This document shows positions 48,729 through 57,033 of a stretch of DNA of 64,000 bases, piece after piece (within the stretch, counting starts at the first letter, position 1; each line of letters starts with the position of its first letter). This DNA is from Candidatus Shapirobacteria bacterium. GTDB taxonomy: Bacteria > Patescibacteriota > Microgenomatia > UBA12405. The translations under genes and the position numbers were made by a program. The stretch covers positions 350,679-414,678 of the forward strand of contig JAQWEN010000001.1 in the NCBI GenBank assembly GCA_028704885.1. The letters are read 5' to 3'. The notes under the pieces were generated by a model, which made no database searches, had not been told where the DNA came from, and saw nothing but the letters and a program-made list of their open reading frames with translations.

Positions 48729-49851
48729 AGACGTTTAGTGTTTGTTCGGCGGTTTTAAGCCAATCGAATTTTTTGGCTTGAATTAAACCTTTAGCTTTTA
48801 ATTTCTTTCGAAGAGCAGCTAATTTAACAATTTTAGTAATAGCATTAGTCATATCGGGAATAGAAGTTGGATCGACATAAAGGGCAGCTTTATCACTGAC
48901 TTCGGGCATTGAAGAAATATTGCTGGTAATAATTGGAGTACCAACTTTTAAGGATTTAACCAATGGTAAACCAAAGCCTTCATAAAGAGAGGGATAAGCC
49001 AAACAAATGGCACTGGCGTGAAGAGCAACCATGTCTTTTTCGGGAATAAATCCAAGAATTTTTACTGAAGGATTTTTAACACCATCGATATCTTGGCCCC
49101 AGCCATATTTACCAGCGATGGCTAATTCAACATGACAATTAGGATTATTTTTTTTGAAAATAACGAAAGCCTCAATTAATCTTTTTAAATTTTTTCGGGG
49201 TTCGCGAGTGCCTTGAGCCAAAATAAATTTATCCAAACCGTATTGTTTTTTGATGGCATCTTTTTTCTTTTGTTGAAGATCTTTTGATAATTTTATAAAT
49301 TTACCATACTTTTCTTCGGCAGCTTCGTAAATGACTTCAATCTTCTGGGGATCTATTTTGGGGAAAATTTTTAATAAATCATTTTTGGTGTTTTGAGAAA
49401 CGCAAATAAATTTAAAACATTTTTCAGCAGCTAATTTCATTTTGTTTTTATGAGCAGTAATTACTTTTTGGTGATGCCATTCGGGGTGTAAAAAAGGAGT
49501 TAAATCGTGAATTGTGGCAATAGTTTTGGCTTTTAAAGTTGGCGGCTGAGTCCAGTCTGAGGTATGAAAAATATCACATTTACCAATAAAAAATTCAATT
49601 GGAAATAGTTGTAATTGATTCCATAAAATTTGAAGTAAAGTTGGTGGTAGTTTAAATTGGTAGACCAAAACATTAGAATGATTCTTTTTTATTTCAATAA
49701 TTTCTTCCGGTAGGGAAAGGCGCATGGAAGAATAAAAAAGTTTATAAGTATTTATTTTATCGAGCTTAACTAAATTTCTGACCAGATTTAGAGTGTAATT
49801 ACTGACGCCAGTTTTGTAGGGAACAGAAGAAATATCAATGCCGATGATCAT
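48712..49851 (-). CDS. Glycosyltransferase family 4
   Basis: IGID, TGVSNY, TIHDL, GTREPRKN, YEGFGLP. Confidence 0.9.
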   Translation of the reverse strand: MIIGIDISSVPYKTGVSNYTLNLVRNLVKLDKINTYKLFYSSMRLSLPEEIIEIKKNHSNVLVYQFKLPPTLLQILWNQLQLFPIEFFIGKCDIFHTSDWTQPPTLKAKTIATIHDLTPFLHPEWHHQKVITAHKNKMKLAAEKCFKFICVSQNTKNDLLKIFPKIDPQKIEVIYEAAEEKYGKFIKLSKDLQQKKKDAIKKQYGLDKFILAQGTREPRKNLKRLIEAFVIFKKNNPNCHVELAIAGKYGWGQDIDGVKNPSVKILGFIPEKDMVALHASAICLAYPSLYEGFGLPLVKSLKVGTPIITSNISSMPEVSDKAALYVDPTSIPDMTNAITKIVKLAALRKKLKAKGLIQAKKFDWLKTAEQTLNVYVKTG

Positions 49852-50858
49852 AATGAATTATGCAATTTTACCAACTTTTGGATAACTTTTCGTTTGTTGA
49901 ACATCTTAGACAAATTAATAAGAACTGTTCCATAAACCGAAATTAGAACGTAGGGTAAATAAAAAATTGATTTTAATTTGTAAAGACGAATAACTTTTTT
50001 ACTTAAACCAGACAAATTTCGAAGCCGCTCCTCGATTATTTTTAGTAGATTATTGGCAATTTCTTTGGCCGAAAAATTTTTGATGATAATATAAATCCAA
50101 TTTTTAGCATCCATTTTATATCTAAAAACCCCCATTTTATTACTGGTACCGCCGCCAAGATGATAAGAAAGGGCTTTGGGAATATAGAGAGTTTGATAAT
50201 TTAAATTATGAAGACGGAGGGCTAGATCAACGTCTTCTTCATAGGCAAAAAAATCGGCATCAAATAAACCAATTTTTTCTAAAATTTCTTTTTTATAAAC
50301 TACTAAAGCGGCGGAAGCACCCCAGACAAACCCACCCCCCGACCCCCTCCCTTGAAGAAATGAGGGGGCGTCAAATTTCTCACCATTGGAAATGTTTTGA
50401 CATTTACCAGAGTAAAAAAAATCTAAACCCTGGGATTCAAATTTGCTTCCATCTTTATTTAAGACAGTACCAAAAAAAGTAGCAACTTTAGGATTTTTAT
50501 TGGCTTTAATAGTTTTGGAAATTAATTGAAACCAGTTTTTTTCTATAGTTAAATCATTATTTAAAAGAACAACATATTTATGTTTAGCTTTTTCAATACC
50601 TTGATTAATAGCACCGGCAAAACCACGATTTTTTGAATTTAATAATATTCGATAGTTAAAACTTTTGGGAATAATTTTTTCGAATATTTCAATACTGTTA
50701 TCTTTTGAATTGTTGTCGACTAAAATTAATTCAAATTGGGGTTCAGGACAATTATTAATGGCGTTAAGTAGGGAATTAAGACAATCTGGCAAAAATTTGG
50801 CGCCGTTGTAGTTTGGGATAATGACGGAGAAATTTAGTTCGCTGGGTTTTTTAGTCAT
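49848..50858 (-). CDS. Glycosyltransferase family 2 carrying an in-frame palindrome insertion
   Basis: IIPNYNG, VDNNS.D, LLNND, FFAYEEDVD. Confidence 0.9.
   Translation of the reverse strand: MTKKPSELNFSVIIPNYNGAKFLPDCLNSLLNAINNCPEPQFELILVDNNSKDNSIEIFEKIIPKSFNYRILLNSKNRGFAGAINQGIEKAKHKYVVLLNNDLTIEKNWFQLISKTIKANKNPKVATFFGTVLNKDGSKFESQGLDFFYSGKCQNISNGEKFDAPSFLQGRGSGGGFVWGASAALVVYKKEILEKIGLFDADFFAYEEDVDLALRLHNLNYQTLYIPKALSYHLGGGTSNKMGVFRYKMDAKNWIYIIIKNFSAKEIANNLLKIIEERLRNLSGLSKKVIRLYKLKSIFYLPYVLISVYGTVLINLSKMFNKRKVIQKLVKLHNSL
50328..50368 (+). repeat. Palindromic element, copy C (in frame in GT2; first hairpin absent)
   Basis: AAACCCACCCCCCGA-CCCCCTC-CCTTG...-GAGGGGG; GC spike encoding PSFLQGRGSGGGF. 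Confidence 0.65.
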
Positions 50859-51309
50859 TTAGTTTTGATAGATCAATAATATCACCTATTTTTAGGTTTA
50901 ATTTTTGAGAATCATTGATATTTAATTCGAGAACGTATTGGGCTGGAGATTGGTTTTGATAAATCTTTGAAGAATTAATTTCAGTAGCGGCTTTAATATC
51001 GACAATTTTGCCGGTTTTATCAAGCCAAATCATATCTAAAGGGATAAGGGTATCTTTCATCCAAAAAGGCAGATCAGTTTCAAAACCAAAAATAAAAAGC
51101 ATGCCGCATTTAGGGCAAAGAGATTCTCTCTTCGATAAGCCTTTTATTTTTTGAGCGGAAGAAGAAGCTAATTCTATTTTATAATCAGTATCGGCAATTT
51201 TAATTTTAATAAAATCAGATGTTGGTAAATAAAAAAATAATCGCCAAATTAAAAAACCGGCAATTATTACTAAAACTGGAGTAAAAATTAACATAATATT
51301 TTTTGACAT
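50851..51309 (-). CDS. DUF192 family protein
   Basis: GLS.R, GMLFIF, FWMKDT.IPLDMIW, YVLEL. Confidence 0.9.
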   Translation of the reverse strand: MSKNIMLIFTPVLVIIAGFLIWRLFFYLPTSDFIKIKIADTDYKIELASSSAQKIKGLSKRESLCPKCGMLFIFGFETDLPFWMKDTLIPLDMIWLDKTGKIVDIKAATEINSSKIYQNQSPAQYVLELNINDSQKLNLKIGDIIDLSKLND

Positions 51310-52496
51310 ATTTTATCCCCTACTTTTTCCCATGTATAGTTATTTTTAACATATTCATAACCAGATTGCCCCAATTCTTTTGCTTTTTTAGGATTATCTA
51401 AAATAAATTGAATTTTTTTAGTTAGATCTTTTTGATTATCAGTTTTAAATAACAATCCCCCATTTGATTTTTCAACTAATTCTTTTAAGGCTGGAATATC
51501 GGCGCAAATTACTGGTTTTTGTCTGGCCCAGGCCTCGATAACTACTAAACCAAAACTTTCCTGAATTGATGGCAGAACTAGAACATCACAACTATCGATA
51601 AGTTTGGATAAATCTTTTTGAGGGAAATTAAAAATGAAATTAATTTTAGATTTTATTTTGGAATCTAGTGAATTGATTAATTTTTCAATTTGAGGGTAGA
51701 AAAGAGTTTTTTGACCAGCAATAGTTAATGAGATTTCAGATTTCAGTTTTTCAGATGTCAGATTAGAAAAAGATTTGATTAATAAGTCGACGCGTTTATG
51801 GGAAGCGAGAGAACCGATGAATAAGATCTCAGATTTCAGTTTTTCAGATGTCAGATGTTTTGATTTTTTTAAAAAATCTGAGTCAACACCATTACCGGCG
51901 AGAATTAAATTTTCTCGGTCAATATTAAAATTTTTAATAAAATAATCAGTTTCAGATTGGGTAAGAGTCCATAGAAAATCAGCCTTTTGAAGTGATTTGA
52001 TTAATGGTTGTTGTTGAAAATCTTGATCGGTAGAATGAAAAGAAGAGTTTATTAGAATGCTAGCTCGCTGGTTCGCTAGTACTTTAGACAAAAATTTAAA
52101 AAAATTAGCATATAAAACAATGGTAGTGGGAAGTGGACCGGCGACAATTAGGTCTGGTTTAAATTTAATGATTTTAATGGTGGCTTTAATAAAAGGAATT
52201 AGTTTGAAAATCGGGCCTTTTTGAAAAACTTTTAATAAATCATTTTTAATAAATAAATTAAGGAATTTTAGAGGTTTCCTGAAATTTGTATAAACTGGAA
52301 GTTTTATTGTTCGCTGGTTCTCTGGTGCACTAGTTTGCTGGATTTTTTTGACGAAATCGTCGGTGCTGGAACAATTTGAAGAAAGATAAAGAGTTTGATG
52401 ATGTTGGGATTCAAAATACTGACCGAGTTTATAAATCACTTTAGATCCACCATCAATGGCTGGTGGAAAAATGTGACTTAATAACAAGACTTTCAT
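51288..52496 (-). CDS. Glycosyltransferase family 4 with four tandem-repeat-derived insertions
   Basis: FPP.IDGG, NGVD, ESFGLVVIEAW. Confidence 0.88.
   Translation of the reverse strand: MKVLLLSHIFPPAIDGGSKVIYKLGQYFESQHHQTLYLSSNCSSTDDFVKKIQQTSAPENQRTIKLPVYTNFRKPLKFLNLFIKNDLLKVFQKGPIFKLIPFIKATIKIIKFKPDLIVAGPLPTTIVLYANFFKFLSKVLANQRASILINSSFHSTDQDFQQQPLIKSLQKADFLWTLTQSETDYFIKNFNIDRENLILAGNGVDSDFLKKSKHLTSEKLKSEILFIGSLASHKRVDLLIKSFSNLTSEKLKSEISLTIAGQKTLFYPQIEKLINSLDSKIKSKINFIFNFPQKDLSKLIDSCDVLVLPSIQESFGLVVIEAWARQKPVICADIPALKELVEKSNGGLLFKTDNQKDLTKKIQFILDNPKKAKELGQSGYEYVKNNYTWEKVGDKICQKILC
51731..51856. repeat. 33-bp direct repeat (51731-51763, 51824-51856) built from TCAGAT(T) heptamers
   Basis: AGAT(T/C)TCAGATTTCAGTTTTTCAGATGTCAGAT twice with 1 mismatch; both encode LTSEKLKSEI. 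Confidence 0.8.
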
Positions 52497-52534
52497 TTAG
52501 TAATTATACTTCGTGTTATCCTAATAATTAGCTT

Positions 52535-53497
52535 ATGTTGAAGATTTTAAAAAAAGTTTTTGCTTCAAAATTGTTTAGATTAATATTTTCGGCAATTCTA
52601 GTTTATTTTGCTTTTAAAAAAGTTAATATCATTGAACTTTTTAGAGATATAAAAAATGTTCCATTTTGGTTTGTTTTAGTAAATGTGGTTTTAAGTTTTT
52701 GGCTTGTAGTTTTAATCTCTGCTAGGTGGAATTTATTATTATTTTCAAAGATTAAAATTAGGACGGTTTTAACTTTTACTCGAGCTAATTTTTTAGCTAC
52801 TTTTTATTCGTTATTTTTTTCAACTGCAGTGGTAGGTGAAGTGGCAAAATGGATGGTAATAGATCATAAATATCCAAAAATTCCAAAAACAAAAATATTG
52901 GGATCTGTATTATTAGATAGATTTATTGGATTTTCTGTTTTTATAATTTTAGGTTTAATAGCAGGAATTGTGGGTAAAACTAAAGGATTAATTATTCCGG
53001 AAATAATTTTCTATTTATCAATTATTTTAAATGTGGTTTGTGGAGTGGTTTATTTTATTATTTATTTTTTTGATGTATCTAAATTGTGGCCGAAATTTAC
53101 TTTATTACATAAATTGGATGATGCTTTTGAACTAATTAAGAATAAAAATAAAGTTCAAATTATTAAATGTTTATTAATATCACTTTTAAGTGAGATTACC
53201 TGGATTCTTCAAATTTGGTTTGTAGGAAGGCAATTTGGAATTAATTTAAGTCTTTTGGCAGTTTTTGTCTTTATTCCAATAATTTCACTAATTTTGGTTT
53301 TACCAATTTCAGTTGGAGGTTTTGGGGCTAGAGAACAATTATATTTATTTTTCTTTTCTCAGTTTGGTTCAAACGAAAGTATTTTGTTAATGTCAACTTT
53401 TTTGGGAATTTTAGGAATAATTAATGCTTTATTTGGCGGAATTTTATTGTTATTTGATGTGGAAATGAGAAAGAAGTTGAAAAATAATAATAACTAG
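52535..53497 (+). CDS. Lysylphosphatidylglycerol-synthase TM / flippase-like (UPF0104) protein
   Basis: ARW, GE..K, SVLLDR, LPISVGGFGARE. Confidence 0.85.
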   Translation: MLKILKKVFASKLFRLIFSAILVYFAFKKVNIIELFRDIKNVPFWFVLVNVVLSFWLVVLISARWNLLLFSKIKIRTVLTFTRANFLATFYSLFFSTAVVGEVAKWMVIDHKYPKIPKTKILGSVLLDRFIGFSVFIILGLIAGIVGKTKGLIIPEIIFYLSIILNVVCGVVYFIIYFFDVSKLWPKFTLLHKLDDAFELIKNKNKVQIIKCLLISLLSEITWILQIWFVGRQFGINLSLLAVFVFIPIISLILVLPISVGGFGAREQLYLFFFSQFGSNESILLMSTFLGILGIINALFGGILLLFDVEMRKKLKNNNN

Positions 53498-53511
53498 ATT
53501 AATATTAATTT

Positions 53512-53606
53512 GCTTTGTCAAGAGATTCCGAATGATCGGAGCAGCAACCGAGTTTGCCAGTTGGCGAATCGCGGTGCTTTTTCTTTAGAAATAAAGAAAG
53601 ACAAGC
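53512..53606 (+). ncRNA. SAM-I-family riboswitch (minimal variant)
   Basis: P1 TTGTC/GACAA, J1/2 AAGAG, short P2 TCCGA/TCGGA, P3 GCAACC...GGTGC, P4 TTCTTTA-GAAA-TAAAGAA; directly upstream of metK. Confidence 0.85.
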
Positions 53607-53631
53607 CTTTATTAATTATTAAAGGAAAAAT

Positions 53632-54750
53632 ATGAACTATCCCCTTTTTGTTTCCGAGTCGGTATGTGCTGGTCATCCTGATAAAATTTGCGACCAGATT
53701 TCTGATGCGGTGTTAGACGCAGCCTTAAGTGTTGATGTTAATTCCAGAGTGGCAATAGAAACTTTGGTGACAACCAATAAAGTAACCATGGCCGGAGAAG
53801 TGACGAGTCGATCGAAATTAAATTATAAAGAAATTGCCCAAAAAGTTATTACTGATTTAGGTTATGACAAACCAGAATTAAATTTTGATAAAAATGCCTT
53901 TTTTGATGTGGCAGTTCACGAACAATCTCGTGATATTGCAATTGGAGCTGATAATGATGGGGCTGGTGATCAGGGAATGATGTTTGGATATGCCTGTAAT
54001 GAAACTCCTCAATTAATGCCGTTACCAATTGTTTTATCTCATGAATTGTGTCGAAAAATGGATGAACTTCAATTTGGTGAATTAAATTATTTAAGACCTG
54101 ATGGTAAAGCGGAAGTAAGTGTTAGTTATGAAAATGGAAAAGTAGTTAAGGTGGAAAAAATTGTTTTAGCTAAACCATTTAATCCAAAAATGAATAAAGA
54201 TGAAGTAGAAAAACAATTATACGAATTAGTAGTTTTACCAATTTTAAAGAAATATCATTTAAATGAGTTGTCGATAGGTCAGGTTATTTTTAACGGCACT
54301 GGTCAATGGGAAATTGGCGGGCCAGCATCGGACACTGGAGTGACTGGCAGAAAAATTGTGGTCGATACTTATGGCGGTATGGGAAGGATTGGTGGTGGTT
54401 GTTTTTCTGGAAAAGATCCAACAAAAGTTGATCGAAGTGGAGCTTACGCGGCCAGATATATTGCTAAAAATATTGTGGCAGCAGAACTGGCGGATCGATG
54501 TGAAGTGCAATTGGCTTATGCAATCGGGCAAAGAGATCCAATTGCTAAATCGATTGAAACTTTTGGAACAGCCAAAAAAGATCTTAAAGAAATTGAAGAG
54601 TTTGCGTGGAAGTTGATAGATTTATCAGTTAAAGGGATTATTAATGGATTAGATTTGAAAAGACCGATATATCGAAATACGGCTAGATATGGGCATTTTG
54701 GATATGAAGAGTATCCATGGGAAAAGATCAAAACCCCTCTGTCTCGATAA
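53632..54750 (+). CDS. metK: S-adenosylmethionine synthetase
   Basis: SESV..GHPDKICDQISD, GAGDQG, GGP..DTG.TGRK, GGG.FSGKD.TKVDRS. Confidence 0.97.
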   Translation: MNYPLFVSESVCAGHPDKICDQISDAVLDAALSVDVNSRVAIETLVTTNKVTMAGEVTSRSKLNYKEIAQKVITDLGYDKPELNFDKNAFFDVAVHEQSRDIAIGADNDGAGDQGMMFGYACNETPQLMPLPIVLSHELCRKMDELQFGELNYLRPDGKAEVSVSYENGKVVKVEKIVLAKPFNPKMNKDEVEKQLYELVVLPILKKYHLNELSIGQVIFNGTGQWEIGGPASDTGVTGRKIVVDTYGGMGRIGGGCFSGKDPTKVDRSGAYAARYIAKNIVAAELADRCEVQLAYAIGQRDPIAKSIETFGTAKKDLKEIEEFAWKLIDLSVKGIINGLDLKRPIYRNTARYGHFGYEEYPWEKIKTPLSR

Positions 54751-54784
54751 ATCGAGACATCTCCCCTTGATAAAAGGGAGAAGT
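54730..54784 (+). repeat. Double-hairpin palindromic element, copy D (supplies metK C-terminus and stop)
   Basis: AAACCCCTC-TGTCTCGA/TCGAGACA-TCTCCC/GGGAGA. Confidence 0.75.
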
Positions 54785-54830
54785 TTAAAAGATGGTAAAA
54801 TTTAGTAATTAAAAATTAATAATATTTTCT

Positions 54831-55808
54831 ATGATTTTAATTGTCGGCGGAGCGGGATATATTGGGTCCCACATAAATAAAGAATTAACTAAGCAAGGTT
54901 TTAAAACTGTTGTTTTTGATAATTTATCGAGCGGAAAAAAAGAATTAGTTAAATGGGGTGATTTTTTTGAAGGTGATTTAGGAAATATCGAAAATATTAG
55001 AGAAGTATTTAAAAAATATCCAATTGAAGCAGTTTTGCATTTTGCCGCTTTTAAGGCAGTTGGGGAATCAGTAGTTGATCCACAAAAGTATTATTTAAAT
55101 AATGTGGCTAACACTCTTAATTTATTTAAAGTGATGAGAGAAAATAATGTTAATAAATTTATTTTTTCTTCATCAGCGGCAACTTTTGGAAATCCACAAT
55201 ATACTCCAATTGATGAAAAACATCCCCAATCCCCAATTAATCCCTATGGTGAAACTAAATTAATGGTCGAACATATTATGCGCGATTATTCGACGGCTTA
55301 TGATTTTAGGTATGTGGCTTTAAGATACTTTAATGCTTGTGGGGCTGATTTGGATAGTGAAACCGGTGAGTGGCAAGGAAGCAGTTCAAATTTAATTCCA
55401 TTAACTCTTGATGCAGCTATTGGAGCCAGAGAAGAAATTGGAATTTTTGGAACTGATTATCCAACTCCAGACGGCACCTGTATTCGTGATTATATTCATG
55501 TGACTGATTTGGCTGATGCCCATGTTTTAGCTCTTAAATATTTAATGGATGGTGGTAAAAGTGATTGTTTTAATTTGGGTAATGGAAAAGGATTTTCAGT
55601 TAAAGAAGTTATTGATATGGCAAAAGAGGTTACAGGAATTGATTTTAAGGTTACAGCAAAAGATCGACGAGCCGGTGATCCCCCAGAACTTATAGCTGAT
55701 TCGAAAAAAGCTAGGGAAATTTTAAAATGGGAACCAAAATATTTTGATTTGAAAACTATAATGACGAGTGCTTGGAACTGGCACAAACAGTTCAAAAAAA
55801 ATGTCTAA
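54831..55808 (+). CDS. galE: UDP-glucose 4-epimerase
   Basis: GGAGYIGSH, VGESV, YGETK, LRYFN, DGTCIRDYIHV.DLA. Confidence 0.95.
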   Translation: MILIVGGAGYIGSHINKELTKQGFKTVVFDNLSSGKKELVKWGDFFEGDLGNIENIREVFKKYPIEAVLHFAAFKAVGESVVDPQKYYLNNVANTLNLFKVMRENNVNKFIFSSSAATFGNPQYTPIDEKHPQSPINPYGETKLMVEHIMRDYSTAYDFRYVALRYFNACGADLDSETGEWQGSSSNLIPLTLDAAIGAREEIGIFGTDYPTPDGTCIRDYIHVTDLADAHVLALKYLMDGGKSDCFNLGNGKGFSVKEVIDMAKEVTGIDFKVTAKDRRAGDPPELIADSKKAREILKWEPKYFDLKTIMTSAWNWHKQFKKNV

Positions 55809-57030
55809 CAAACGAATATTAATTAAAAATGTTTTTTGGTTAGGTGCAGTTGAATTCTTTTCAAAGATTTTATTGTTTTTTGTAATTGTTGGTTTGGTTA
55901 GATATTGGGGGGCAGAAGAATTTGGAGCTTTTAATTTAGCTTTTGCCTACGTGGCTATTTTTATGATTTTGGCAGATTTTGGTCTATCAACAATTACTAC
56001 TCGAGAAGTGGCTAAACATAAAGACTTAAGTGAAAAATATCTGGGAAATTTAATTGGATTAAAATTATTTTTATCGGTAATAATTGGAATATTTTTTGCG
56101 GCTTCGTTTTTGTTTGTTAATAAGCCAGTTTCAATTCAACTATTGGTAGCAACTTTAATTTACAGTTTAATTCAAGGTTTTCAAACATTATTTATTTCAA
56201 TTTTTCAGGCTTGGGAAAGGATGGAAATGGTGTTTTTTAATCGAATGGTTTTTTATGTTGGAGTTTTGATATCAGCTTTGTTGGTAATTAAATTTCATGG
56301 AAGCGCTACAAATTTAGTTTTTGGTTATATGATGGCGACGATATTGGCGATAATTTTGGGAGTTTGGCAATCACACTTATTAAAAATAAAAGTCAAAATA
56401 ATTTTTGATTTTAAATTTTGGAGAGAATTAATAAAAGAAGCCTTGCCACTTTTGGGGATGACAGCAGCGATGGTGATTTATGCTAACAATGATACTTTAT
56501 TGATTGGTCGATATTTTAACAATAATCAAGTTGGTTTTTATCAAACTGCTTTCAAAATATTATTCGCTTTTCAAAGTATTAATGTAATTAATTATGTGGT
56601 TTTTCCCAGATTAACGGTTTTATTTCATGAAGATAAAGAAGACACAGCTAAAAAATTAATTAAAATCGTAGTTGGATTATCAATTGTTGGTTTAATCCCC
56701 TTGGCGGCAATAATAACTTGGCAAAGAGAATTAATTATGAAATTAATTTATGGACAATCGTTTGTGGTATCGGCTGGAGTTATGAGTTTATTAATTTGGT
56801 CGGGGGTAATTAATTATTTTCGAGTATTTGTGGGGAATTTATTGGTGATAAAAAAGAAACAAAATATGGTTTTTTGGTCGATCCTAATTGGAACTTTAGT
56901 TAATTTAACAATTAACTATTTTTTAATTCCAAAGTTTGGATTTGTGCAGGCAGGTTGGAGTTTGATAATCAGTGAATTGGTAATATTAGTAGTGATGGCG
57001 GTCAGTTTAAGAAAAACATCAGAGCTTTAG
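55801..57030 (+). CDS. Wzx-type polysaccharide flippase
   Basis: Multi-TM, ADFGL....TRE, DT.L.....VG.Y, N...LIP.FG. Confidence 0.88.
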   Translation: MSNKRILIKNVFWLGAVEFFSKILLFFVIVGLVRYWGAEEFGAFNLAFAYVAIFMILADFGLSTITTREVAKHKDLSEKYLGNLIGLKLFLSVIIGIFFAASFLFVNKPVSIQLLVATLIYSLIQGFQTLFISIFQAWERMEMVFFNRMVFYVGVLISALLVIKFHGSATNLVFGYMMATILAIILGVWQSHLLKIKVKIIFDFKFWRELIKEALPLLGMTAAMVIYANNDTLLIGRYFNNNQVGFYQTAFKILFAFQSINVINYVVFPRLTVLFHEDKEDTAKKLIKIVVGLSIVGLIPLAAIITWQRELIMKLIYGQSFVVSAGVMSLLIWSGVINYFRVFVGNLLVIKKKQNMVFWSILIGTLVNLTINYFLIPKFGFVQAGWSLIISELVILVVMAVSLRKTSEL

Positions 57031-57033
57031 ATT

